Of a stretch of 64,000 bases of DNA, positions 1 through 9,980 are shown in pieces. Both the position numbers and the translations under genes were made by a program. This stretch comes from Candidatus Pacearchaeota archaeon. Lineage in GTDB: Archaea; Nanobdellota; Nanobdellia; Pacearchaeales; GW2011-AR1. The number at the start of each line of letters is the position of its first letter. Position 1 is the stretch's first letter. The stretch lies in contig JBAZCR010000003.1 of NCBI GenBank assembly GCA_041654895.1, positions 5,990-69,989 of the forward strand, in the 5' to 3' direction. The notes beneath the pieces are model-generated. The model was not told the origin of the DNA and searched no databases. It saw only the letters and a list, made by a program, of their open reading frames with translations.

Positions 1-1
1 T

Positions 2-154
2 GGCCAAGTGTTTTTAATTGATAGTTTAGAATACCATGATAATAAAGATTCAGCTGAAATAGATATTTATTTAGAAGTTCCTCCAAATGAAGGTCCTGGT
101 TTGAAAAATTCAACAATAGTTTTTGAAAGTAAATTAGCGGAGTTAGAGGCCTAA
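2..154 (+). CDS. 3' end of a CDS entering from upstream of the window (hypothetical protein)
   Basis: Open frame from the window edge to TAA at 152-154. The stop abuts the ATG of the next ORF (TAAATG), suggesting one operon. No recognisable motif. Confidence 0.3.
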   Translation, partial: GQVFLIDSLEYHDNKDSAEIDIYLEVPPNEGPGLKNSTIVFESKLAELEA

Positions 155-640
155 ATGAAAAATAAATTTATTTTAACAATGGATTTTGTTGTAATCATTG
201 GTACATTATTTGGTTTAATGTGGATAATTGGTTATTCTACTCCAAGAGTTATTTCTCCTATTGATAATTATGAAACAACAAGTTCAAATGTTCTTTTTTC
301 AATTGAAAATGCCGATTATTTATTTATAGATAAAGATATTAATTTTACAAATCCGATTGAAGTAAATTTAAAAAATAATTCTCAAATTCAATTAGAACCT
401 GGTATTTATTATTGGAAGGCAATTGGTGTTAGACAAACTGAAATTAGAACATTGACAATAAATACTTTAGTTTCTTTAAGACTTGATAAAACAGAAAGTG
501 GTTTTAATGTTGTTAATTCTGGAAATGTTAATTTGAATGTTGAGGTATATAATAATAGTGAACTTATTGATGAAATTTATCTTGAAAGTGGAGGAAAAAT
601 AAATGAATTAGGAGATAAATTTATTGGGGGTATGAAATGA
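155..640 (+). CDS. hypothetical membrane-anchored protein (N-terminal TM helix, beta-rich extracytoplasmic part)
   Basis: 161-aa ORF with hydrophobic segment FVVIIGTLFGLMWIIGY near the N-terminus. Its stop overlaps the next start (ATGA at 637-640). Confidence 0.5.
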   Translation: MKNKFILTMDFVVIIGTLFGLMWIIGYSTPRVISPIDNYETTSSNVLFSIENADYLFIDKDINFTNPIEVNLKNNSQIQLEPGIYYWKAIGVRQTEIRTLTINTLVSLRLDKTESGFNVVNSGNVNLNVEVYNNSELIDEIYLESGGKINELGDKFIGGMK

Positions 641-1848
641 AATTTAATTTGAGATTATTTTTGTGTTTAATATTTTTTGTATTCTTTATTATGGAAATTT
701 CTGCTTTAGGTGTTACTCCGGCTAGAAGAACTATTGATTTTAGTCCTAGTTTAAGCCAAAGGAATTCTTTTACAATTGTTAACCCTGAAAACAAAGATAT
801 GGAATTAAATATTTATGTTAGAGGAGAATTGGCTCAATATATTCAATTAGAAAAAACAAAAGTTAGTTTGATTTCACAAGACTCAAGTATTTCTATTTCA
901 TATAATTTAAATTTGCCAAATGAATTGTCTCCAGGAACAAATATCGGCGAAATTGTTATTAGTGAATCTTCAAAACAATCTAGTGGAGAAAATTTCATTG
1001 GTGCAACATTGTCTGTCGTAACTCAGGTTTATGTTTATGTTCCTTATCCAGGTAGATATGCAGAAGCTATTATGAATATTTTAAATGCAGATTCAAATGG
1101 GGATGTTACTTTTATATTTTCTATTTCTAACTTAGGTGAATTTGATTTAAATAATGTTTATGCTAATGTGGATGTTTATAGTTCACTAAATGAAAAGATT
1201 TCTAGTTTTAATACTCATACTATCAATATTAAAAGTCAGAAAAAAGAAGATTTAATTTATAAATGGAATGCAAGAGAACTTTCTAATGGTAATTATTATG
1301 CGAAAGCAGCGATTATTTATGAAGACAAAGTAATTAATTTAGAGGGTACTTTTAGAGTTGGTTCTACTACACTTGAATTACAAGATTTATATGTAAATAA
1401 TTTTAATTTAGGGGAGATTGTGAAAGTTGATATGTTAGTTGAAAATAAATGGAGTGAACCAATTAGTGGAGCTAAGAGCATTATGGAAATTTATGGTAAA
1501 CAAGGAAATATTTTAGATAGGATTGTTTCCCCTGATTATACTATTAGTGGTTTGTCTAAGGAGATAATGAGCGCTTATTGGGATACTAATGGTGTTTATG
1601 AGGGAGATTATGATACAAAGGTTATTTTAGAATATGCTAATAATAGGATTGATAATAATTTAGTTTTACAAGTCAGCCAAAATAAATTGACTGTTATAGG
1701 ATTAGGTTATGTTATTAGTGAAGACGGAAGATCAAGTCGTGGAGAAAATTCAACTATGACTATTTTGTTTATTGTTATAGGTATTTTGATTTTAGTTAAC
1801 TTATTATGGTTTATATTATTAAGAAAGTATATTTCAAAAAAGAAATAA
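637..1848 (+). CDS. secreted/cell-surface protein with signal peptide and C-terminal TM anchor
   Basis: 403-aa ORF. N-terminus LFLCLIFFVFFIMEISA/LGVTP looks like a signal peptide. C-terminus MTILFIVIGILILVNLLWFILL followed by a basic tail. Beta-rich and Asn-rich, like archaeal surface proteins; the family could not be verified. Confidence 0.55.
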   Translation: MKFNLRLFLCLIFFVFFIMEISALGVTPARRTIDFSPSLSQRNSFTIVNPENKDMELNIYVRGELAQYIQLEKTKVSLISQDSSISISYNLNLPNELSPGTNIGEIVISESSKQSSGENFIGATLSVVTQVYVYVPYPGRYAEAIMNILNADSNGDVTFIFSISNLGEFDLNNVYANVDVYSSLNEKISSFNTHTINIKSQKKEDLIYKWNARELSNGNYYAKAAIIYEDKVINLEGTFRVGSTTLELQDLYVNNFNLGEIVKVDMLVENKWSEPISGAKSIMEIYGKQGNILDRIVSPDYTISGLSKEIMSAYWDTNGVYEGDYDTKVILEYANNRIDNNLVLQVSQNKLTVIGLGYVISEDGRSSRGENSTMTILFIVIGILILVNLLWFILLRKYISKKK

Positions 1849-1893
1849 AATGTTTGATAAAATTTAAAAGCAGAGTTGTTTTTAGAATCCCAT

Positions 1894-4725
1894 ATGGAAA
1901 TAAAAGATTATGAAGAACAAATTTTAAAGTTTTGGAAAGAGAATAAGACTTTTGAAAAGAGTTTAGAATTAACAAAGAAAGGTAAGCCTTATATTTTTTA
2001 TGATGGACCTCCTTTTGCTACTGGTATGCCTCACTATGGTCATATTTTAAGTTCTGTTGTTAAGGATTTATTTGCTAGATATTGGACAATGCATGGTCGT
2101 TATGTTAGAAGAATTTGGGGATGGGATTGTCATGGTTTACCCATTGAAAATATTGCTGAAAAAGGGTTAAATATTAATTCAAAAGATGAAATTGAAAAAA
2201 TGGGTGTTAAAAAATTTAATGATTTTTGTAGAAGTAAAGTCATGAGTTATGCTGATGCTTGGGTTAATGAGATAGATAGAATTGGGAGATGGGTTGATAT
2301 GAAAAATTGTTATAAAACCATGGATAATTCTTATATTGAATCTGTTTGGTGGGCATTTAAACAATTATGGGAGAAGGATTATATTTATCAAGGAGAGAAA
2401 ATTTTAATGTATTGTCCTCGTTGTTCTACTCCATTATCAAAATCAGAGATTGCAATGGATAACTCTTATAAAAATATAAAAGATTCTAGCGTTGTTATAA
2501 AATTTAAATTAGAAGAAAAATTAGATAAAAAAAATGTTTTTGTTCTTGCTTGGACTACTACTCCTTGGACTTTAATTAGTAATTTAGCTTTGACTGTAAA
2601 CCCTGATTTAGAATATTTATATTTGTTAGATAAAAAAGATGAGGTTATTTATATTTTGGCTAAAGACTTAGTTGAAAATTTTTATAAAAGTAAAGAAGAA
2701 TATAAGATAATTAAAAGTGTTTTAGGTAAAGAACTTGAAAACAAAAAATTCATTCCTTTATTTAATTATTTTAAAGATACACCTAATGCTTTTAAAATTC
2801 TTTTAGCTGATTTTGTAACTGCAGAAGATGGAACAGGGATAGTTCATACAGCTCCTAATTTTGGTGAAGAAGATTATGAAGTTTGTAAAAAATATGGGAT
2901 TGGTGTAATTGATTCTGTTGATGAAAAAGGTTTGTTCAAAGAGATTGTTTTAGATTTTAAGGGAGAATATGTTCATGATTCTAATGAAAAGATAATTGAT
3001 TTTTTAAGGAAAAGAAATGATTTAGTTTTAGTTAAAAAAATAGAGCATGAATATCCTTTTTGTTATAGGTGTGATACAAAGTTAATGTATAGAGCAATTC
3101 CAGCTTGGTTTGTAAATATTCAGAAAATTAAACCAAGACTTTTAGAATTAAACAAAAAATTAAATTGGTATCCAGAATTTTTAAAAGAAGGGAGAGTTAA
3201 ATATACTTTAGATACAGCTCCTGATTGGAATATTTCAAGAAATAGATATTGGGCAACAGCAATCCCTATTTGGGAAAATGAAGATGGCGAGAGATTAGTT
3301 ATTGGGAGTATTGAAGAATTAAAAAAATATGCTAAAAGTTTACCTAAAAGAGAGATTGATTTACATAAAGATTATTTAGATGAAATTATTTTGGTGAAAG
3401 ATAATAAAGAATTTAAAAGAGTTCCTGAAGTTCTTGATTGTTGGTTTGAATCTGGCTCAATGACTTTTGCCCAATTTCATTATCCTTTTGAAAATAAAGA
3501 CTTTTTTGAAAAGAATTTTCCTGCTCAGTTTGTTGCAGAGTATATTGGTCAGGTTAGAGCTTGGTTTTATTATATGAATATTTTATCTGCTATTTTATTT
3601 GACGATATTCCTTTTGAAAATGTTGTTACTACAGGAACAATTTTATCTGAAGATGGACAGAAGATGAGTAAAAGCAAAAATAATTATCCTGATCCTCGAG
3701 GTTTAATTGATAAATATGGTGTTGATGCTATGAGATTTTATTTAATGAATAGTCCTGTTATGAATGCAGATAATCTTAATTTTTCTGTTAAAGGTGTTGA
3801 AGAGGCATATAAAAAAGTTTTACTTTTAATGTATAATGTAAATAAGTTTTATTCTTTGTATAAATTAGATGGTACTTTAGAAGAACCTAAACCAAAAAAA
3901 TTAATAGATAAGTGGGTGATTATTCGTTTAAATGACTTCGTGGAGAAAGTAACTAATTATTTAGAAGAATATAACACTGTTAAAGCAACTAATGAAATAA
4001 AAAATTTTGTTGACGAATTATCTACTTGGTATGTTAGATTAAATAGAGAGAGATTTAATGAAGAAGAAAAAGAAGTAAGTATTATTTTAAGATTTGTTTT
4101 AGATAGATTAGCAAAAGTTTGTGCTCCTATTATTCCATTTACTAGTGAAGTTATTTATCATACAATTTATAATTCAGAGGAGTCTGTTCATTTATCTTTG
4201 TGGCCTAGACATTCTAATATTAAAGATATAAAACTACTTGAAAATATGGATAAAATAAAACAAATTGTTTCAGATGGATTAAAAGAAAGAGATAAAAATC
4301 AAATAGGGTTAAAGTGGCCTCTTAGTAAAGCAGTTATTAGTGGAGTTAAATCACTGAATGAAGAAGAAAGAGAAATAATTAAATCAGAATTAAATATTAA
4401 AGAAATAAAATTAGGTTTGGAAGATATATTTAAGGTTGAATTAGATTTAAACTTAACAAAAGATTTAGAAAGAGAGGGGTATGCTAGAGAAATTACTAGA
4501 AAAATACAAGCTGGTAGAAAAAAAGCATACTTGACTAGAGAAGATAAAATTAAATTATTTTTTGATAAAGATTTTTATGATTATTTAGGTGAAAAAATAA
4601 ATTTGATTTTAGAAAAAGTTAATGCAGTTGATTTAATTCTTGAAAAAAGTAATGAAAAAATGTTGTTTGAAGAGAAAGGAAAGATAAAAGAAAAAAATTA
4701 CTTTTTTAGTTTTTTAAGGGTATGA
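1894..4725 (+). CDS. ileS: isoleucyl-tRNA synthetase
   Basis: Class I motifs PPFATGMPHYGH (HIGH) and KMSKSKNN (KMSKS), WDCHGLP, and editing-domain WTTTPWTL. First ATG is at 1894; the ORF track starts at an in-frame TTG at 1876. Confidence 0.95.
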   Translation: MEIKDYEEQILKFWKENKTFEKSLELTKKGKPYIFYDGPPFATGMPHYGHILSSVVKDLFARYWTMHGRYVRRIWGWDCHGLPIENIAEKGLNINSKDEIEKMGVKKFNDFCRSKVMSYADAWVNEIDRIGRWVDMKNCYKTMDNSYIESVWWAFKQLWEKDYIYQGEKILMYCPRCSTPLSKSEIAMDNSYKNIKDSSVVIKFKLEEKLDKKNVFVLAWTTTPWTLISNLALTVNPDLEYLYLLDKKDEVIYILAKDLVENFYKSKEEYKIIKSVLGKELENKKFIPLFNYFKDTPNAFKILLADFVTAEDGTGIVHTAPNFGEEDYEVCKKYGIGVIDSVDEKGLFKEIVLDFKGEYVHDSNEKIIDFLRKRNDLVLVKKIEHEYPFCYRCDTKLMYRAIPAWFVNIQKIKPRLLELNKKLNWYPEFLKEGRVKYTLDTAPDWNISRNRYWATAIPIWENEDGERLVIGSIEELKKYAKSLPKREIDLHKDYLDEIILVKDNKEFKRVPEVLDCWFESGSMTFAQFHYPFENKDFFEKNFPAQFVAEYIGQVRAWFYYMNILSAILFDDIPFENVVTTGTILSEDGQKMSKSKNNYPDPRGLIDKYGVDAMRFYLMNSPVMNADNLNFSVKGVEEAYKKVLLLMYNVNKFYSLYKLDGTLEEPKPKKLIDKWVIIRLNDFVEKVTNYLEEYNTVKATNEIKNFVDELSTWYVRLNRERFNEEEKEVSIILRFVLDRLAKVCAPIIPFTSEVIYHTIYNSEESVHLSLWPRHSNIKDIKLLENMDKIKQIVSDGLKERDKNQIGLKWPLSKAVISGVKSLNEEEREIIKSELNIKEIKLGLEDIFKVELDLNLTKDLEREGYAREITRKIQAGRKKAYLTREDKIKLFFDKDFYDYLGEKINLILEKVNAVDLILEKSNEKMLFEEKGKIKEKNYFFSFLRV

Positions 4726-4804
4726 AAAAATCGGATAATTTTCACTTCTCGTTGGTAAAACAAATAAAAGAAACATTTAAATAGTAGAATCAGTTTTATA
4801 GGAT

Positions 4805-5611
4805 ATGATTGTAAAAGAGGAATTTTTAAGTAGATTAAGAAAGATTTTTGATTTGAACCTTTATGAAGTTAAGGTTTGGACTGCTCTTTTATCTCGTGGT
4901 ACTTCTACTGCTGGTGAATTATCTAGTATAAGTGATGTTCCAAGAAGTAGGACTTATGATATTTTAGAAAGTCTTGAAAAGAAGGGTTTTATTGTTATGA
5001 AATTAGGTAAACCAATTAAATTTGTTGCATTAAAACCAGAAGAAGTTGTTGAGAGAGTTAAGAAAAATTTAATTATTAGTGCAAAAGAAAGATCTGCTAG
5101 ATTAGAAAGATTAAAAGGTGATGATGTATTAGATGAATTAAATATCTTATTTAAAGATGGAATAAAATATGTTGAACATACCGACTTATCCGGAGCACTT
5201 AAAGGACGACAAAATATTGATAATCATTTAGATATGTTGATTAGAGATGCACAAGAAGAAATTGTATTTGTTACAACAGCAGAAGGATTAAATAGAAAAT
5301 TAGAAATTTTAATGCCAAGTTTAGATAAGGCAAAAAAAAGAGGAGTTAAAATTAGAATTGCTGCTCCTATAAATAATGAGAATAGGAAAATTGCAAAAGA
5401 AATATCAAAAGTTGCTGATATAAGAGATGTAGATGGTTTAAAGGCTAGATTTATAATTATCGATGGTTCTCAATTAATGTTCATGTTGTTAGATGATGGT
5501 AATACTCACCCTTCATATGATTTTGGTGTTTGGATTAATACAGAATTTTTTGCTCATGCATTGGAACAATTATTTGATATTGCTTGGAAAGATATGAAAA
5601 AAATTCAATAG
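4805..5611 (+). CDS. TrmB-family transcriptional regulator
   Basis: N-terminal winged HTH LYEVKVWTALLSRGTSTAGELSSISDVPRSRTYDILESLEKKGFI is typical of the archaeal TrmB family; 268 aa with a C-terminal effector-like domain. Confidence 0.8.
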   Translation: MIVKEEFLSRLRKIFDLNLYEVKVWTALLSRGTSTAGELSSISDVPRSRTYDILESLEKKGFIVMKLGKPIKFVALKPEEVVERVKKNLIISAKERSARLERLKGDDVLDELNILFKDGIKYVEHTDLSGALKGRQNIDNHLDMLIRDAQEEIVFVTTAEGLNRKLEILMPSLDKAKKRGVKIRIAAPINNENRKIAKEISKVADIRDVDGLKARFIIIDGSQLMFMLLDDGNTHPSYDFGVWINTEFFAHALEQLFDIAWKDMKKIQ

Positions 5612-5642
5612 AATTTAAAAATACCTGTTTCTTAGAAATTTT

Positions 5643-6983
5643 ATGAAATTTAAAACAATTGTTGATAAGGTTGATGCAATCAAAAAAGGTAATTTTAGTT
5701 GTGTTGAAAATGTTTTGAATTATAATAAGAAAATTTTAACTGAGGAGATTAAAGATTTAAACATTTTTCTTAGTTTGAATAAAGAAGCTATTAATCAAGC
5801 AAAAGAAATTGATAAGAAAATAAAGGAAGGAAAAAAAGTTGGTAAATTAGCGGGAGTTTGTTTTGCTGTTAAATCTTGTATTTCTGTTAAAGGTTTTGAG
5901 ACTAATTGTGGTAGTAAGGTTTTAGAAGGTTATATTTCTCCATATAATGCAACTGTAATTAATAAATTATTAAATGAAGACGCTATTTTTTTAGGAATGG
6001 TTAATATGGATGAATTTGCTTGTGGCGCGTCAGGTGAAACAAGTGCATATGGACCAACAAAAAATCCACTAAATCCTGAATTAATTCCTGGAGGGTCATC
6101 TTCTGGTTCAGCTGCTAGTGTTTGTGCTGATTTATGTGATTTTGCGTTAGGAAGCGATACTGGTGGCTCTATTAGAAATCCTGCAAGTCATTGTGGTATT
6201 GTTGGCTTAAAACCAACTTATGGAGCTGTTAGTCGTTATGGTTTAATTGATATGTGTATGAGTCTTGATTGTATTGGACCTCTAACTAAAAATCTTTCGG
6301 ATGCAAAATTAATTTTTGATATTATTAAAGGTCATGATTATTTAGATAATACTACTGGAGAAGAAAAATATAAAAAGAAATTAAAAAAAATAATTGGAAT
6401 TGTTGAAGTAGAAGAATTCTGTGATGATAAAATTTATTCACTCTTTAAAGAGAAAATTAAAGAAATATCAAAAAAAACAAATTATCAAGTTAAAGTTGTT
6501 AAATTGCCTTTAGATATTTTTATTGAAACTTATTATATTTTAGTATATACTGAATTTTTCTCAGGAACAAGGAAATTTGACGGTAGAAGATTTGGAAAAG
6601 CAATCGATACCTTTGGTGGACCTGAAGTTCAAAGAAGAATTATTGGGGGTTCTCAAATTACAAGAGCAGAGTTTGATGGTAAATATTATAGAAATGCACT
6701 AAAGTCTAGATCTTTTATTACCGATAGTATTGATTTAATCTTTAAAGATGTAGATTTTATTTTAATGCCTACTGTTCCAAGGACAGCTCATAAAATTGGA
6801 GAAGAAATTTCCATTGAGGAAATGTATAATTATGATATTTTTACTGCTTTAGCAAACATAGCAAAAATCCCTGCAATTAGTATACCAATGGGGGAAATAG
6901 ACTCAAAAAAAGTAGGATTGCAGATTTTAGGACCTTGTTTTTCAGAAGAAGAAATTTTTAATTTTTGTAATTTACTTAAATAA
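5643..6983 (+). CDS. gatA: aminoacyl-tRNA amidotransferase subunit A (amidase family)
   Basis: Amidase signature PGGSSSGSAASV...GSDTGGSIRNPASHCGIVGLKPTYG; 446 aa. Confidence 0.85.
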   Translation: MKFKTIVDKVDAIKKGNFSCVENVLNYNKKILTEEIKDLNIFLSLNKEAINQAKEIDKKIKEGKKVGKLAGVCFAVKSCISVKGFETNCGSKVLEGYISPYNATVINKLLNEDAIFLGMVNMDEFACGASGETSAYGPTKNPLNPELIPGGSSSGSAASVCADLCDFALGSDTGGSIRNPASHCGIVGLKPTYGAVSRYGLIDMCMSLDCIGPLTKNLSDAKLIFDIIKGHDYLDNTTGEEKYKKKLKKIIGIVEVEEFCDDKIYSLFKEKIKEISKKTNYQVKVVKLPLDIFIETYYILVYTEFFSGTRKFDGRRFGKAIDTFGGPEVQRRIIGGSQITRAEFDGKYYRNALKSRSFITDSIDLIFKDVDFILMPTVPRTAHKIGEEISIEEMYNYDIFTALANIAKIPAISIPMGEIDSKKVGLQILGPCFSEEEIFNFCNLLK

Positions 6984-7220
6984 TTATTTGTCTAACTCAA
7001 ATAATGCTCCAATTCCTCCGAATATAAAAAAAGATTTTGGTAAATTCTCATAAAATAAAGGAGCATAATTTGCTAAATAATCTTGATTAAAATTCCCAAA
7101 ATTTCCTACTTTACAAAATAAATATTCTATTAACATATAAGAGCAAAGACCTAAGGTTCCATAAACTAATCCTGATTTTAGTATTTCCCTTGCTTTAAGT
7201 TTATCTTCTAATTTTTTCAT
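6984..7220 (-). CDS. small hypothetical membrane protein
   Basis: 78-aa ORF with two hydrophobic segments. Its ATG overlaps the TGA of the upstream small zinc-ribbon ORF (ATGA). Confidence 0.35.
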   Translation of the reverse strand: MKKLEDKLKAREILKSGLVYGTLGLCSYMLIEYLFCKVGNFGNFNQDYLANYAPLFYENLPKSFFIFGGIGALFELDK

Positions 7221-7378
7221 TTTTCTAATTCTTTTTTTAGATTTTCTTTATGTTTTTTTTGACAATCTGAACAAATAAAGAAATTCTGCTTTTTTAATTT
7301 TATTGTAGTTCCAACTATCTTATCCATAAAGCCTGTTTTTAATTCTTCTTTACATAAAAAGCACTTTTCTTTTGCCAT
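7217..7378 (-). CDS. small zinc-ribbon protein (53 aa, below the ORF-track cutoff)
   Basis: Hand translation gives MAKEKCFLCKEELKTGFMDKIVGTTIKLKKQNFFICSDCQKKHKENLKKELEK, with CxxC...CxxC. The stop overlaps the start of the 6984-7220 ORF. Confidence 0.4.
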   Translation of the reverse strand: MAKEKCFLCKEELKTGFMDKIVGTTIKLKKQNFFICSDCQKKHKENLKKELEK

Positions 7379-7430
7379 TACTTATTCAAGCATAATTAAA
7401 TTTAAAAATTATCCCTTTTTATAAGGTTGA

Positions 7431-7637
7431 ATGGATGGTTTTGATTTAAGGAAATTTCAGGAAGAAGGTGAAGATAATGATAAAATTAAAAAGATAGTTG
7501 GAAAAATTTTATCAGGGCGAGATGGTTATGAAACAATAATAGAAAAGGGAAAAATGGAAAAAAGATGTAAAAGTTGTAATTGGTTATTAGAAGGTGGAGA
7601 AAAGTTTTGTCCAGAATGTGGAATTAATACAATTTGA
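7431..7637 (+). CDS. small zinc-ribbon protein
   Basis: 68 aa; CKSCNWLLEGGEKFCPECG (CxxC-x10-CxxC) at the C-terminus. Confidence 0.45.
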   Translation: MDGFDLRKFQEEGEDNDKIKKIVGKILSGRDGYETIIEKGKMEKRCKSCNWLLEGGEKFCPECGINTI

Positions 7638-7639
7638 TT

Positions 7640-7843
7640 TTATTCTATAACTAATTCTTCTTCAACTAAGCTTATAAGATCTTTTATTATCTTTTTTTTA
7701 GGAAGTGATTTTAAAAAAATTATATATGCATCTATTACTGGTTTTTTGATTGTCATTGAATAACTTGAATCATCATAAAAATTTTTAATAGAAGAATACA
7801 ATTGATTATGTTTATACTCCTCTATTAAAAAAATATTATTCAT
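7640..7843 (-). CDS. hypothetical protein
   Basis: 67-aa ORF in a gap between genes; no motif recognised. Confidence 0.3.
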   Translation of the reverse strand: MNNIFLIEEYKHNQLYSSIKNFYDDSSYSMTIKKPVIDAYIIFLKSLPKKKIIKDLISLVEEELVIE

Positions 7844-7877
7844 AACAATTTATTAAATAAGAACTATATAAATTTTT

Positions 7878-8180
7878 TTAAGAAATTTTATATTTTTGAG
7901 TAGTATATTCTATACTATCTAATATATATTCTGGAGTTCTTTGAATAATAGACTCTATAGATTCATCAATTCTTTGAAAAAAGCTTTCTAATCCTTTATA
8001 AGAATAGCCTTTTTGGTTTATAACCATCATAGACATTTTTTTGATGTTATCCATGTGTATTAAATAACCTTCAACTAATTCTTTTTTAACAAAATCTTCT
8101 TTTTGTTTGTCTAGTTGATTTAAGATATATCTTTCTGTATTTCCTAAATTGTTTTCTAATAGTTTAATTCGCTTTACCAT
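7878..8180 (-). CDS. hypothetical protein
   Basis: 100-aa helical-looking ORF; no motif recognised. Confidence 0.35.
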   Translation of the reverse strand: MVKRIKLLENNLGNTERYILNQLDKQKEDFVKKELVEGYLIHMDNIKKMSMMVINQKGYSYKGLESFFQRIDESIESIIQRTPEYILDSIEYTTQKYKIS

Positions 8181-8232
8181 CAGGCTTTGTCGGATTATGT
8201 ATTTATAAACCTATAGCCTCAGAAATAAAATA

Positions 8233-9921
8233 TTACATTTCCTCAATGGTTTGTATTGATAATAATTCTAACGATTTTTTCATTGTTTTCTTAAATGCTT
8301 TTACTAAATCCAATCTAAACTCCTTTTCTTTAGATTTTATAATTGAACAACTATGATAAAATTCATTAAAAATTTGAGATAATTCATAAACATAATTTGC
8401 TAGAGTATTTGGGGTAAGGTTATTATATGTTTCTTCTAAAATATTTTCAAAATCATTTATCTTTTTTATTAATTTTATTTCTTGATTTGTTAAGTCAATA
8501 ATTTCATATTTGCTTTTAGTTGATTTAATTTTCTTTAGGATTGAATTTGCTCGGGCATAAGAATAGAGTAGATAAGGTCCTGTATCTCCTTCGAATGAAA
8601 GAGCTTTTTCTGGATTGAAAACTAAATCTTTTTTAATATCTACTTTGATTAAAGAATATTTTATTGCGGCAAGGGAGATTATTAAACTCTTTTTTTCTAA
8701 TTCATCTTTATTAATTTTTGGATTTCTATCTATTAACCCTTTTTTTGCTAAGTCTTGTGTTTCTTTAATAAATTCGTCGGCAGAAACAATATTTCCTTCT
8801 CTAGATTTCATTTTGCCACTTGGTAAAGTTACCATTCCATATGAAAAGTGTTTCCAATTCTTTTTTAATCCTAATTTTTCTAAAATTGTAAATAAAACTT
8901 TAAAATGATATTCTTGGTCATTTCCTACTACGTAATATGAACTGTCAAGATTAAAATCTTTTATTTTTTGTTCTGCTAAATATAAGTCCTGTGTAATATA
9001 AACAGATGTTTTATCGCTCCTAAGTAAAACTTTTTCTCCTAAATTCTCTTTATTCAAATCAATAATTATGGCTTTATCTTTTTCTTTAAATAATCCTTTT
9101 TTTAGACCTTTGTCTATTATTTCTTTTCCTTTAGTATAAATTTCGCTTTCATAATAATTCTTATCTATTTTTGATAATCCAAATAAATCAAAAGTTTGTT
9201 GTAGTCCTTGATATGCCCATGAATTTATTTTTTTCCAGAGTTCTATTGTTTCTTTATCTTTATTTTCCCAAAGTCTTAACTTTTCTCTTGCTTTTTCTTC
9301 TAATTCTTTATTATCTTTTGCTTCTCTGTTAAATCTTATATAAAGATCTGCAATGAATTTATCTGGTTTTATTTTTTCCTTTATTGGATTAATATCATTT
9401 CCATATAATTCATATGCAAGCATTGTTTTTGAAATCAAAATTCCTCGGTCATTATATAAATTTAAATGATAAACTTTATTTTTTGCATTTTTCATTATTT
9501 GAGAAATAGACTCTCCTATAATTATATTTCTTAAATGGCCTATGTGTAAAGATTTATTTGTATTCGGAGAAGGATATTCAATCCCGATATTTTGAGGTTG
9601 ATTATTCTTAATTTCTCCCCATGACTTTTTTTTTGTTTTTTCAATAGTTTTTTTTGTTAAATATATTTTATTGATAAAAAAATTTACATATGCTGATTTA
9701 ACTTCTATAGAAGATATTTCTTTAGACATTCTTCTTCTTAATTTTTCAGATAATTCTTGAGAAATTAGAAGAGGAGATTGTTTTTTTATTTTTGCTAATT
9801 GATAACAAGGAAAAGAATAGTCTCCAAATTTATCGCTTGGTGGAATTTCAATTAACTTTTCAATTTCTTCTATATTTATTTTTGTTTCTTTAGAAATTAA
9901 TTTTGCTATTCCTTCTTTCAT
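8233..9921 (-). CDS. argS: arginyl-tRNA synthetase
   Basis: Class I HIGH region SPNTNKSLHIGHLRN; typical ArgRS length (562 aa); C-terminal anticodon-binding domain ending in Met. Confidence 0.92.
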   Translation of the reverse strand: MKEGIAKLISKETKINIEEIEKLIEIPPSDKFGDYSFPCYQLAKIKKQSPLLISQELSEKLRRRMSKEISSIEVKSAYVNFFINKIYLTKKTIEKTKKKSWGEIKNNQPQNIGIEYPSPNTNKSLHIGHLRNIIIGESISQIMKNAKNKVYHLNLYNDRGILISKTMLAYELYGNDINPIKEKIKPDKFIADLYIRFNREAKDNKELEEKAREKLRLWENKDKETIELWKKINSWAYQGLQQTFDLFGLSKIDKNYYESEIYTKGKEIIDKGLKKGLFKEKDKAIIIDLNKENLGEKVLLRSDKTSVYITQDLYLAEQKIKDFNLDSSYYVVGNDQEYHFKVLFTILEKLGLKKNWKHFSYGMVTLPSGKMKSREGNIVSADEFIKETQDLAKKGLIDRNPKINKDELEKKSLIISLAAIKYSLIKVDIKKDLVFNPEKALSFEGDTGPYLLYSYARANSILKKIKSTKSKYEIIDLTNQEIKLIKKINDFENILEETYNNLTPNTLANYVYELSQIFNEFYHSCSIIKSKEKEFRLDLVKAFKKTMKKSLELLSIQTIEEM

Positions 9922-9980
9922 AAAAAAATAAGAGACGAGGGGATTTATTAATTTATCTTAAAAACCCTCTCTTATTTTAT

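Noticed and set aside
2179-2364. 61-aa ORF antisense inside ileS. The same class includes 8615-8908 (argS), 11366-11665 (ABCE1), 12375-12599 (aspS), 14552-14770 (gatD), 17398-17733 (rimK-like), 18429-18629 (aIF1A), 27493-27708 (gyrB), 36181-36465 (S8 protease), 40827-41054 (leuS), 44852-45079, 45206-45403 and 45325-45612 (trpS), 48504-48809, 51088-51273 and 51388-51771 (infB), and 58890-59108 (recJ-like).
   Set aside because: All lie wholly within well-supported genes, antisense or (51088-51273) out of frame. They have low-complexity F/L/I/K/N-rich translations, as expected from shadow frames in AT-rich DNA.
9922-9980. Imperfect hairpin AAGAGACGAGGG...CCCTCTCTT between the small Lys-rich gene and argS.
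   Set aside because: It is short, has a bulge, and lies in a same-strand intergenic gap. It could be a weak terminator or attenuator, but there is not enough evidence to call it.
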